IMG/VR virus record: IMGVR_UViG_3300025885_000003
Direction: 5' to 3' (one strand)
DNA length: 64,000 nucleotides
From: an uncultured virus (IMG/VR IMGVR_UViG_3300025885_000003)
Taxonomy: Duplodnaviria; Heunggongvirae; Uroviricota; Caudoviricetes
Of the stretch, positions 55,815 to 64,000 are shown piece by piece. Position 1 is the stretch's first letter. Every line of letters begins with the position of its first letter. The notes under the pieces were generated by a model. The model was given only the letters and a program-made list of their open reading frames with translations, was not told where the DNA came from and did not search any database. The translations under genes were made by a program, and so were the position numbers.

Positions 55815-57811
55815 TACTTACTCCCTTTCTGGGGACTACGAACAAGAACGATTGGAGTATCGCCTTCCTTACCAGTACGAACGAAACCATGCTTCTCATA
55901 CCATTTGGCGATCTTGGCCGCAGGAATCTTGCCTCCCTTGAGGCCGGGCATGTCAGTGACGGATACCTGAATCGGCGCACCGGCTTCATCAGCCGACTTA
56001 ACGATGGCAGCGAGAGCTTCCGTGCTGGCCTTGCCCCCGTGTTCCGCACCCTTGATGCTCTTGATGATGATGTGCGTGCCGTCTACGGAAGGCGTAGCGT
56101 GAACCGTTGCCCCTTTAACGATGGTCGGACCGGACTCGTGGATCGTACGCATAACATGCTCAACAGCTTTCGTCGGCAACGTGATCTCATTTCCGAGCGC
56201 CGGACCCGTCCCCTCGGCGCTGCGCGGTGGCAGCGTCAGGTCTAGCGGAGAAGCGGTGCCGGGCGGTTGCACACTAGCAGGCCCAGCAGGCGGAAGCGGT
56301 GCCTCGGGGAGACGCATAGCGTGTTCTGCTGGCAGATTCGGACCAAGACGCTCGATATCAAGCGGCGACCGCATGGCCGCTGCCGGGCTACCAGCCTGTG
56401 GTGCAACACCGATAGGCTGCTGCATTTCGGGCGTGAACCCAGTTGACGGACCAGGAAGTGGAAGCTGCTGTGGGGTCGGCATCTGTTCGAGACCGGCCAT
56501 CGGAGCGGGAGGTTCCACCGGGGGAGTGAACGGAGGAGCGGTCGGCTGGGCAACCGGTCCCTGTACCGAAGGAGGCGCGACTTCGGGCGCGAGACCCCCT
56601 TGGGCGTTCAAGTCTGCCCCCGGTGGTAGAGTACCCAGAGGCGCAAGCGGCTCCTGGGGAAGAGCGACAGCGGGATTGATCTTAGCTTCAGCCTCCAGCC
56701 ACGGCTTGATCTTGGCCGTGATAGCTTGAATCGCAGCAGGGTCAGCCGACATGGCGTCCTGCCCATAGAGCTTGGATGCGATGTCAGCGGCCAGCTTCTC
56801 GATGGGAGCACCGGCCGGAGCCTGTGCCTGCCATGCGTCGAAATCAGGCTTGAACCGGTCGCGTAGCATCGAAGGCTGAAACTTGTTTGCAAAGGTCTTG
56901 AGTGCCACAGAGCGCGCCCCGAGGGCAGAAGCCTCAGCAGCAGCGTGGCGGGCAGCCCAAGCAGGATCGATCTTCGATCGGATCGCGGTCAGGCCGTCGC
57001 CGAGGGCACGACCGACTTTGTTCCCGGCAGCGCCAAGTCCGTGGAACACAGCACCACCAGCGGCACCGTATGCGGCTCCTGTAACACCACCGTGACCGAT
57101 GCCATGCGTCACTTCATTGAAGATGTCTTCAGCACTCGCACCCTGCGCCGCTGCCTCGCTACCACGGACAATACCCTCATCAATGGCACCATAAGCAGCG
57201 CCAAACAGTGCGCCAGTTCCGACAGAGCGTGCCAGTGTGTGCGCTGCCTTAGCACCACCACCGCCGAACGGTAGCGTGCCGTAGAAAGCCGCAGCTTCAC
57301 CGGTTGAGCGAACACCAGCTTGTCCTTCCTCACCAACATCCTGCATGAGACTTTCCTGCGTCTGCGTATACCCTCTGACGACGTTGTGAATCTGCTCGTC
57401 AGTGTATCCTTTCGCCCGCATTTCGGCGATGTTAGGCTGTGGCACACCCGCAGCGACCTTCTCCAATTGCTGTCCTGCTGCAAGGTGCTTGACAGCCGTG
57501 ACAGGAGAAGCGATGCTCTCGCCCACGCCCTTAACAAATGCACTCGGCATACCAGCAACTGCCTTACCCGCAGCCATAACTCGCTCCCCAAGTGGAGGTG
57601 GGGCGGGTTTGTAGTCCGGGGCGAACTTCTTTGTCAGCTTGTCCATGTAATCTTGAGGCGACAAGTCAGAGTAATGCCGCTGGTGCATCTTGACAATCAC
57701 ATCGTCGTCCGCCATGTCGGTATAATCCGGAAACTGTGCCCGGAAGCCCTTCATGATTGCCTGGACTTGAGGATCATCACTCTGCTGCGCTGTAGGATTC
57801 AGGTCAGCCAT
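55814..57811 (-). CDS. Internal virion/ejection protein
   Basis: FRAQFPDYTDM.D…HYSD N-terminus, Gly/Ala hydrophobic stretch, Pro-rich linker, C-terminal WYEKHGF. Confidence 0.6.
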   Translation of the reverse strand: MADLNPTAQQSDDPQVQAIMKGFRAQFPDYTDMADDDVIVKMHQRHYSDLSPQDYMDKLTKKFAPDYKPAPPPLGERVMAAGKAVAGMPSAFVKGVGESIASPVTAVKHLAAGQQLEKVAAGVPQPNIAEMRAKGYTDEQIHNVVRGYTQTQESLMQDVGEEGQAGVRSTGEAAAFYGTLPFGGGGAKAAHTLARSVGTGALFGAAYGAIDEGIVRGSEAAAQGASAEDIFNEVTHGIGHGGVTGAAYGAAGGAVFHGLGAAGNKVGRALGDGLTAIRSKIDPAWAARHAAAEASALGARSVALKTFANKFQPSMLRDRFKPDFDAWQAQAPAGAPIEKLAADIASKLYGQDAMSADPAAIQAITAKIKPWLEAEAKINPAVALPQEPLAPLGTLPPGADLNAQGGLAPEVAPPSVQGPVAQPTAPPFTPPVEPPAPMAGLEQMPTPQQLPLPGPSTGFTPEMQQPIGVAPQAGSPAAAMRSPLDIERLGPNLPAEHAMRLPEAPLPPAGPASVQPPGTASPLDLTLPPRSAEGTGPALGNEITLPTKAVEHVMRTIHESGPTIVKGATVHATPSVDGTHIIIKSIKGAEHGGKASTEALAAIVKSADEAGAPIQVSVTDMPGLKGGKIPAAKIAKWYEKHGFVRTGKEGDTPIVLVRSPQKGSK

Positions 57812-57819
57812 TGGAACTC

Positions 57820-58812
57820 CTAGTCTCTGAGATGGAGGGGATCATTCGGCTTAGCAGCCGCTGGTGTCTTACCAGCTCCTGTAGCTGGGATTTCACCCTT
57901 CTGAAGATCGTGCGCCTGCTTCATGATCTCGATCATCGTTTCGGTTTGCCACTGATCATACTGCTCAGGTTTGACCGTGAATCCACCCATGACAGGATCG
58001 AGCGCACCGTACTTCTGGAGCTTGGCCGCAGCAATCGTACCAGCGATTCCCAGCAACTTGAGTTTCATACGCTCGTCGAAGTGGAAACTATCAGCGATAG
58101 CACTCGCCTTCTCGCGCGCGGTATTGATCGCATTCGTGCCTTTGAGCTTCTCCAACTGCTCCTTCTCGGCCGCACGATTCTTAGCGCCAGCCTCACCAAT
58201 GCCCTTCTGAAGCAGCATGGTTGCGAGGGCTTCCTGAAACTTCCCTCGGCGCTGGAGGTCGGCGATATGGCTCATGGTGATGTTTTCCTGGAGCTTGTCC
58301 ATGTCACCAGTCTTCTGTGCTTCTGCCTTCTTGATCGCATCTTCGCGTTCGGTCATCATCCGGTCACTTTCAGGTGATCCAGCATGAGCGAAAGTACGCT
58401 GGAGCAATCCCGGCATCTTCTCGGTCTGACGGGACTCGATACGCTTGCGTAGTTCAGCCGCCTGCCCAGCGTAATCGATCTCAGGGCTCATCTCCCCGAG
58501 CACCTTCTGAATGTCAGGATTCGCCTTGTGCATCGCGGTGCCGAGATTGTGGAGCAACTGATACCAGTCATCTTCACTCATCGGCTCGTGTTCGTCCATC
58601 GCGTCGTAGTCCTTCGCCTGTGCCTGAGCTTGCGGATTAGCGCGCTGTGCGACAATATCATCAGGTGAGTACGCACCGGGAGCAGGAGCCGCAGCCGGTT
58701 GGTCGAGGAAAGAAGTCTCGGCCGCAGGAACCATAGTCCCCGCGAGAGAGCCGGTTGTGTCACTCGGCGCGATGACATTGCGCATCGACGGCCGTGGTTT
58801 CATCGTAGCCAT
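57820..58812 (-). CDS. Internal virion protein (putative)
   Basis: Ala/Gln/Met-rich helical protein in the ejection cluster. Confidence 0.55.
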   Translation of the reverse strand: MATMKPRPSMRNVIAPSDTTGSLAGTMVPAAETSFLDQPAAAPAPGAYSPDDIVAQRANPQAQAQAKDYDAMDEHEPMSEDDWYQLLHNLGTAMHKANPDIQKVLGEMSPEIDYAGQAAELRKRIESRQTEKMPGLLQRTFAHAGSPESDRMMTEREDAIKKAEAQKTGDMDKLQENITMSHIADLQRRGKFQEALATMLLQKGIGEAGAKNRAAEKEQLEKLKGTNAINTAREKASAIADSFHFDERMKLKLLGIAGTIAAAKLQKYGALDPVMGGFTVKPEQYDQWQTETMIEIMKQAHDLQKGEIPATGAGKTPAAAKPNDPLHLRD

Positions 58813-58821
58813 GTGATCTCC

Positions 58822-59577
58822 TTAGGCGTAAGCTGCGGCGAAGCGGCCAGGACGGACGGCTCCGGACATACCAGAGAAACGAGACATCTTGGAAAGGAAC
58901 CGACTCGGTCGGGCACCGCTGCTTCCTTGGATGGAGGCCATCGAAGGAGCGCCGAGGGCAGCGTTCGGTCCTGCGGGCTGTCCACCGGGAAGTGGTCCCT
59001 GCGGAACGTTGATCGCTGTCGGTGTGGGGACTTCTTGCGCTGTTTGTCCCATACCTTTACCAGCCATTCCGATGGAAGCATACTTCGAAATCTGGCCACC
59101 AAGGTCGGAGATGGGAGAGTCTTCGTATGGAGCATTCGCCCGCAACCCTTCACCCTGCATGAACGCTGCGAGACGGCCCTGCACCATTTGCTGAGCGACA
59201 GGTAGCATCGATTCCATGAGGCTAGCCTTCATCCCTCGCTGGAGGTTGTTGACTGCCTGTCCTGCACCGGCCGCGGCGAAGATGTCGGCACCAGTCGAAG
59301 CACCACCCGCTGCCCCGAGGCCAGCATTTGCAGCCCCCCGTGCGAGGTCGGTCTGGAATTGCTGCCCGCCCTGGGCCGCGTTAGTCATGAGTTGCTGACC
59401 CTGCGTGCTGTTGATCGCGCGGTTGAAGAGGGCCATGAGTTCGTCATTGACGGCTCCGGCTCCGAACTTCTGCTTCAGCCATTCGGGGTCGATGCTCTTG
59501 CGCTTCTTCTTACCGAAGATGCTCATGAGTGTTCCGCCACCCTGCAATGCTGCAAGAGCGAGTGTGATCGGGTCCAC
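58822..59577 (-). CDS. DNA transfer/pilot protein (putative)
   Basis: MDPITLALAA…GG..SIFG N-terminus; Gly/Ala/Gln-rich. Confidence 0.6.
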   Translation of the reverse strand: MDPITLALAALQGGGTLMSIFGKKKRKSIDPEWLKQKFGAGAVNDELMALFNRAINSTQGQQLMTNAAQGGQQFQTDLARGAANAGLGAAGGASTGADIFAAAGAGQAVNNLQRGMKASLMESMLPVAQQMVQGRLAAFMQGEGLRANAPYEDSPISDLGGQISKYASIGMAGKGMGQTAQEVPTPTAINVPQGPLPGGQPAGPNAALGAPSMASIQGSSGARPSRFLSKMSRFSGMSGAVRPGRFAAAYA

Positions 59578-59586
59578 GGTGTCTCC

Positions 59587-61320
59587 TTAGTAGATCGTCT
59601 CGACAACGAAGTTCGTCGTCGTGATTGTGTCAGATGCAGACGGTGCGCCTGCACCACCCCATTCGGCTGTAAGACTGATAGCGCCGGTTGCTGCTACAGT
59701 GACAGCCGAGTTACCCGTCGTGAAGGGGAGTAAGAACTCGACGCCGGTTCCTGTGTCTTGAATCTCAACAACGCTGCCACCGATAACAGTAGTCGCGCTG
59801 CGCCACGTCAAAACAACACTGAAACTCCAATCGGTAGTCGTTGATCCGAGTGTGAATGCTCCGGTGTCAAGTACGACGGTTGAGCCGTGCTTCAAGCGCA
59901 ATCGAATCGAATCGTTTGCGATATTACCGATGACACCGTGTGCTGTGATACGGATTGAACGCCCGGTTGGGGCCGCATTGATCGTAGCTGAACCCTGTCC
60001 ACCAGCATTGCTGATATCCGTTTCACTAGTCGTATTTGCGCAGGTATCGCTCGTGGTTAGCGCAAAGCCACCGATCTGGATTGTACCCGCCTGATTCGGT
60101 AGCACATCTGCACGGGTAGTTGCTGTGTCGATACCAGAAAGATCGAGTGTGACTTTCTTCGTCCGATCAGTCACATCCACAAGTGAACTGTCGGAGCGAA
60201 TCGATGCTTTGAGCATCGCTTTGTTATCCACAAGGAAAGTGGCTGCGCCAGATACGGTAGAAATCGCATCAAGAAGATCAGCCGATTGTGACGCTCCGGC
60301 ACCATTAAGCTGGAGTGGAACAACACTATTGCCATCAGCCGTGAGGGTCCCCATTGGAGAGAGGACCGCTGCTCCTGTACCGATGCCAAGATGTCCGGCC
60401 CCGTCGATCTTACCGAGTTGTGATCCGCCCGAGGAATCCCAACGCACAATGTCCGCTGAAACAGCGACAACTTCTACGTACGAGACACAGAGGTAGAGGG
60501 TGTCGCCCGTACCATCTAGCTCGATCGAGTTCGCGGTGCCCGTACCAACGCTTCCGCTAGTCGTGACTGTCGTCGTGATCGTGGTCGGGGTGGTGCCGAT
60601 GCCAGAGAGGTTGTAGACCCCTGAGGCGTACCGGACACCCGCCGAGTCAACGAGGTGAAACGTAATCGTGGCCGAGCCCCCGAAGGTTCCACCGAGGGCA
60701 AAGACAGAGGCATTGATTGTGTAGGTCCGTCCGGCCAGAATCGAACCGTTAAGGCCGTTCTTCTGTCGATTGGCCCCATTCGGGAGGCTCGTATTGATCG
60801 CCATATACGACGAAGTTCCGTCGTTCGAAGCAAGCGCCGCTGCTGATGTTCCACCGATGGGAGTACCGCTACCAGAGTACGGTCCCGCCCAGTTGTCTGC
60901 TACGACACTGTTCGGCGTAAAAGTACCCCCACCAGCACCCGTTCCCACAACATGCAGGGGATTTGCAGGAGTTGCCGTACCGATACCGAAGAAGCCTCGA
61001 TCTTCATCTAGGGCTACCCGAATGTTCGGGTATCCGAGATAGATAAAGCCTTTGTCCGCATCAGCCGTAGACGACAAGTACAGATTCCCGTTCGCTTGGT
61101 TCGAGCCGAAGGCAATCTGGCCGCCGGGGATACCCGGCTTGAAGAAGAACGGAGTAGTATCAATGAGTGGACCGCCACTACCATCCGGAGCTTCGTTACG
61201 GATAATCGCCCCGAAAGCTGCGGTTGTTTGATTGTGGTTGTCTACGAGACGCCGGAGAAGATTGTACAACCAGACCGGCGTCCCCTCACGCTTGACTACT
61301 CCTGTTCCGATACTTGGCAT
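59587..61320 (-). CDS. Tail fibre/spike protein
   Basis: GIGTATPANPLHVVG and GHLGIGT repeats; Thr/Gly-rich beta domains. Confidence 0.75.
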   Translation of the reverse strand: MPSIGTGVVKREGTPVWLYNLLRRLVDNHNQTTAAFGAIIRNEAPDGSGGPLIDTTPFFFKPGIPGGQIAFGSNQANGNLYLSSTADADKGFIYLGYPNIRVALDEDRGFFGIGTATPANPLHVVGTGAGGGTFTPNSVVADNWAGPYSGSGTPIGGTSAAALASNDGTSSYMAINTSLPNGANRQKNGLNGSILAGRTYTINASVFALGGTFGGSATITFHLVDSAGVRYASGVYNLSGIGTTPTTITTTVTTSGSVGTGTANSIELDGTGDTLYLCVSYVEVVAVSADIVRWDSSGGSQLGKIDGAGHLGIGTGAAVLSPMGTLTADGNSVVPLQLNGAGASQSADLLDAISTVSGAATFLVDNKAMLKASIRSDSSLVDVTDRTKKVTLDLSGIDTATTRADVLPNQAGTIQIGGFALTTSDTCANTTSETDISNAGGQGSATINAAPTGRSIRITAHGVIGNIANDSIRLRLKHGSTVVLDTGAFTLGSTTTDWSFSVVLTWRSATTVIGGSVVEIQDTGTGVEFLLPFTTGNSAVTVAATGAISLTAEWGGAGAPSASDTITTTNFVVETIY

Positions 61321-61322
61321 CG

Positions 61323-64000
61323 TTAGCTCCTGTTCTGTTCCTTACCTGCGTCTGCCATGTCGTAAGCGAAGAAGTTCAGTCGCATGTCTACGCCTGCGTC
61401 TACGCGCGAAGCATCGGGCATCAATACCTTGTCGAACTGTAGCTCCAGTGCCTGTCCCTGATTATCCGGGTGTACGACCAGAAGTGAGCCGACGCGCATG
61501 GAACTGTAGACAGTCTCACATGCCGTAGCCGCCTCACCGATGTTTTGTCGGCGTACTGTGACCGAGAGCGTACTACTGTCGAATCCGGTTGAGAAAGTAC
61601 CGGCCTCGAAGGCGTTCGTGGAGATAGTAATCTGCGTCGCACTGTCCACGCTAAGGATGATCGTGTCACCCACGACATTCGTACTACGTACCAACATGCC
61701 CTTCACGAGACCAGTTGTGCTCGCCATTGTCACTGTAGGCGAGCCCTTGGTGAACGTACAATTGGTCGTGACAACGAGCGAGCCGGTAGCAGAGAAATGA
61801 ATGTAGATACGCTCTTCACGCGCGCTTCGGTCGATACCATTCGGGAAGAATCGACGTGAAACAGCCCTCGGCGCTCCAATGACTGTGGTGGAGTCATCGC
61901 TCTTGTAGCCAGCGGGGATGGTGAATCCGTTATCTTCCGTGTAGATTAGACCCCCAGTGTGGTAGCCAGTGAATAGTACGTGCTGTCCATTAAGCGTCGC
62001 AACCATAGCTGAGCGTGCGGCCACGGAGATCGGTCCGATGGCGGGAATCATGCCACCTTCCTTGATCTTGTCCTGTGAGTAGTTGAAGACCATCGCCCGG
62101 CTGTTCTTACCATTGCCACCGTAGGGCGCGTAGTAAAGCACCAGCCACTGTTCCTTCGGGTAGTTTCGGAGGATACACTTGCTGATGTTCGCGGAATCCA
62201 CGAGCGTGGACCACTTAAGGTCTAGATTCAGGAAGCGCGTTGTCACGCCATCCGTGACATGCAGCCCGTTTTGTGCGACGTAAGCCAGTTGCTGGCCACC
62301 ACCGCCCGGTACCGTGAAAAGCGCACCAGCGAGGGGACCAACGATTCCGTGATCTGAGGCCAAGTCTTCATGAGCAAGGCCCTCACGGAAGTCTGTGTCA
62401 GTCTCGGCCGGGAGGTAATTCACCCGCTTAACGGCATCGTTCATGCCGACAATCAGAACCTGACCGCAGCGCCGGATGAAGTTCACTTTGTTGTGTCGCC
62501 GCTCGTTGAACGCCATGACGTATGGGCCGGGCTTCCCCTTGTCCACGACGCCTGGGAAGGCTTCGGGCTCGCCGGGAAGCGACCACACGATGACGTTCTC
62601 GTTCGAGAGGTCATTCACGACCATGCTGCCCTGGAAAAGGTCTCCCGTCGAAGACAGTGGGGGCGTCCCTCGGGCCGGGATGTCAAGCGTATTGCCGATC
62701 TGGTCCCGATAGGTGACGATGCGGAATGGCTTGCCGTTCAGATTGACTGAGGTTCCAGAGAAGAATACAGTGACCTGGACACCGTCAACTGCGATGTGCT
62801 GATTGCTGTTGGACCCCGCCTTTTCGATCCAGACTTCGAAACCGCCCGTGCCAGCGGACGTAAAGTCTGCTGCTACCCATGCGACACCGAGCGTATCGAA
62901 TTGGCTACCCACGACGTTGATTTTCCAGTCGAACGTACGCACTTCACCAAGAATAGGACCGCTATCCTTCGTGATGCCGGTATTACGAAGGTACAGAAAG
63001 TAGTTACCCGCGCCAGTCGCGGGTCCGAGCTTTGCGCGCACAGATACCTGGATACCAGTCACGGTCTTACCAGTGAAGTCACCGTCCGAGCCGCTCATGG
63101 TAAAGGTCGTGAGCTTGTTCATCGACGCATTGACGCCCGCGCCCGAATTACCGAAGGCTGCGATGTTGTCATATGCGTTCAGAAGGTTGCTGGGGAGCGT
63201 CCACTCGTCACGACCGGATACCGCCGATTTCACGGTCGGGAACCCCGTGCGGCTGCTATTCGTGTCAGTCAGGTCCTTAGAGGTATCTGTGATGGGGATT
63301 GTCGCGACGAGTCGGAATGTAGCCAGCGAGGGAGTCGTGGAGGCATCCGTCTGCTTCGGCGACATGTAGATGCGCCAATGCGTAGCAAGGCGACCGTCAC
63401 TACCATCGTTGACGATGGACGGACGTGCGACGCGCACACACTGAGTCGTGTAGTCTGTGACGTTGCCGACGACTGGACCGATCTGCACACCCTTGTCATC
63501 CTTCGGCGCGTAGGTACCCTCGACTTCATCGGGTTGATCCGGATTCGTGACTTCGGTCGTGAGAAACCAGTAATAGCCGTTACCAAGTACCGCAGACCAC
63601 GTACCGGAGACAATGGACACCGTAGGCTGGCGTGCAACTGCACCCATGCCAGCAGGACGGGCGACAACGATATCGTCTAACGTCGTACCAGGGATAGAGC
63701 GCGAGCGGAAGTAGATGCGCTGCGTGACACCGGCTCCGAAGAGACCGTAGTAGACACCGCCCCACTGGACGAGATCAAGAATTTCGACTCCTGTGTCACT
63801 CGGCGCGACCGCGATGCCCATGTCGAAAGTCGCCGTGATGGTGGCTGTTGCGGTAGCTGGTTTAGAGATCGTGATCGAGGTTGCGCTCGTGAGTGTGATC
63901 ACGACACTGTTAGTGGGGATGCCTGCACCAGAGATGCGGGCACCCAGAACCATATTGGCGAATCCACCGCTGGCCGACGTGATAACCGCACTAGTATTGG
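61323..64000 (-). CDS. Tail nozzle / tubular protein B-like protein, 5'-partial
   Basis: Frame is open to the window end; propeller-like motifs (IVWSLPGEPEAF, LIVG, HGIVG, GLHVTDG, MVFNY) with inserted beta modules. Confidence 0.65.
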   Translation of the reverse strand, partial: NTSAVITSASGGFANMVLGARISGAGIPTNSVVITLTSATSITISKPATATATITATFDMGIAVAPSDTGVEILDLVQWGGVYYGLFGAGVTQRIYFRSRSIPGTTLDDIVVARPAGMGAVARQPTVSIVSGTWSAVLGNGYYWFLTTEVTNPDQPDEVEGTYAPKDDKGVQIGPVVGNVTDYTTQCVRVARPSIVNDGSDGRLATHWRIYMSPKQTDASTTPSLATFRLVATIPITDTSKDLTDTNSSRTGFPTVKSAVSGRDEWTLPSNLLNAYDNIAAFGNSGAGVNASMNKLTTFTMSGSDGDFTGKTVTGIQVSVRAKLGPATGAGNYFLYLRNTGITKDSGPILGEVRTFDWKINVVGSQFDTLGVAWVAADFTSAGTGGFEVWIEKAGSNSNQHIAVDGVQVTVFFSGTSVNLNGKPFRIVTYRDQIGNTLDIPARGTPPLSSTGDLFQGSMVVNDLSNENVIVWSLPGEPEAFPGVVDKGKPGPYVMAFNERRHNKVNFIRRCGQVLIVGMNDAVKRVNYLPAETDTDFREGLAHEDLASDHGIVGPLAGALFTVPGGGGQQLAYVAQNGLHVTDGVTTRFLNLDLKWSTLVDSANISKCILRNYPKEQWLVLYYAPYGGNGKNSRAMVFNYSQDKIKEGGMIPAIGPISVAARSAMVATLNGQHVLFTGYHTGGLIYTEDNGFTIPAGYKSDDSTTVIGAPRAVSRRFFPNGIDRSAREERIYIHFSATGSLVVTTNCTFTKGSPTVTMASTTGLVKGMLVRSTNVVGDTIILSVDSATQITISTNAFEAGTFSTGFDSSTLSVTVRRQNIGEAATACETVYSSMRVGSLLVVHPDNQGQALELQFDKVLMPDASRVDAGVDMRLNFFAYDMADAGKEQNRS

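Noticed and set aside
59587..61320. Diversity-generating retroelement targeting the tail fibre
   Set aside because: No reverse transcriptase and no TR/VR repeat pair were seen.

Overview
This window is almost certainly most of a single tailed dsDNA phage genome of roughly 65 kb, podovirus-like, cut open inside the tail module. There are two arms. The minus strand (1-18917, continuing at 52210-64000) carries packaging, head, tail, ejection and holin genes: putative TerS, TerL, portal, scaffold, major capsid, adaptor, nozzle, tail fibre and internal virion proteins. The plus strand (about 19520-51960) carries early genes, helicase, primase, an AAA ATPase/SSB pair, a UDG-fused family A polymerase, ThyX and other nucleotide enzymes, a glycosyltransferase cluster, GroES and a lysozyme. 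The arms diverge at a non-coding control region (about 18920-19520) and converge at about 51960-52200. Features read directly from the sequence: (1) a 581-nt group I intron with a LAGLIDADG ORF splits the major capsid gene; (2) there are about 17 homing-endonuclease genes, several fused to neighbours or leaving a neighbour without a normal start codon; (3) the control region has three sigma54-type GG-N10-GC promoter motifs; (4) there are two unannotated structured RNA candidates, one multi-branched with three stable tetraloops and one pseudoknot-like ending in an Ala-type acceptor stem plus ACCA; (5) a promoter-equipped small protein ends in a T9SS-CTD-like tail; (6) four small late proteins share an N-terminal RKSP-type motif; (7) there are four glycosyltransferases plus a fused oxidoreductase-epimerase. 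I saw no integrase, CRISPR array, full tRNA or rRNA. All family assignments come from recognising motifs by eye; no database searches were run.
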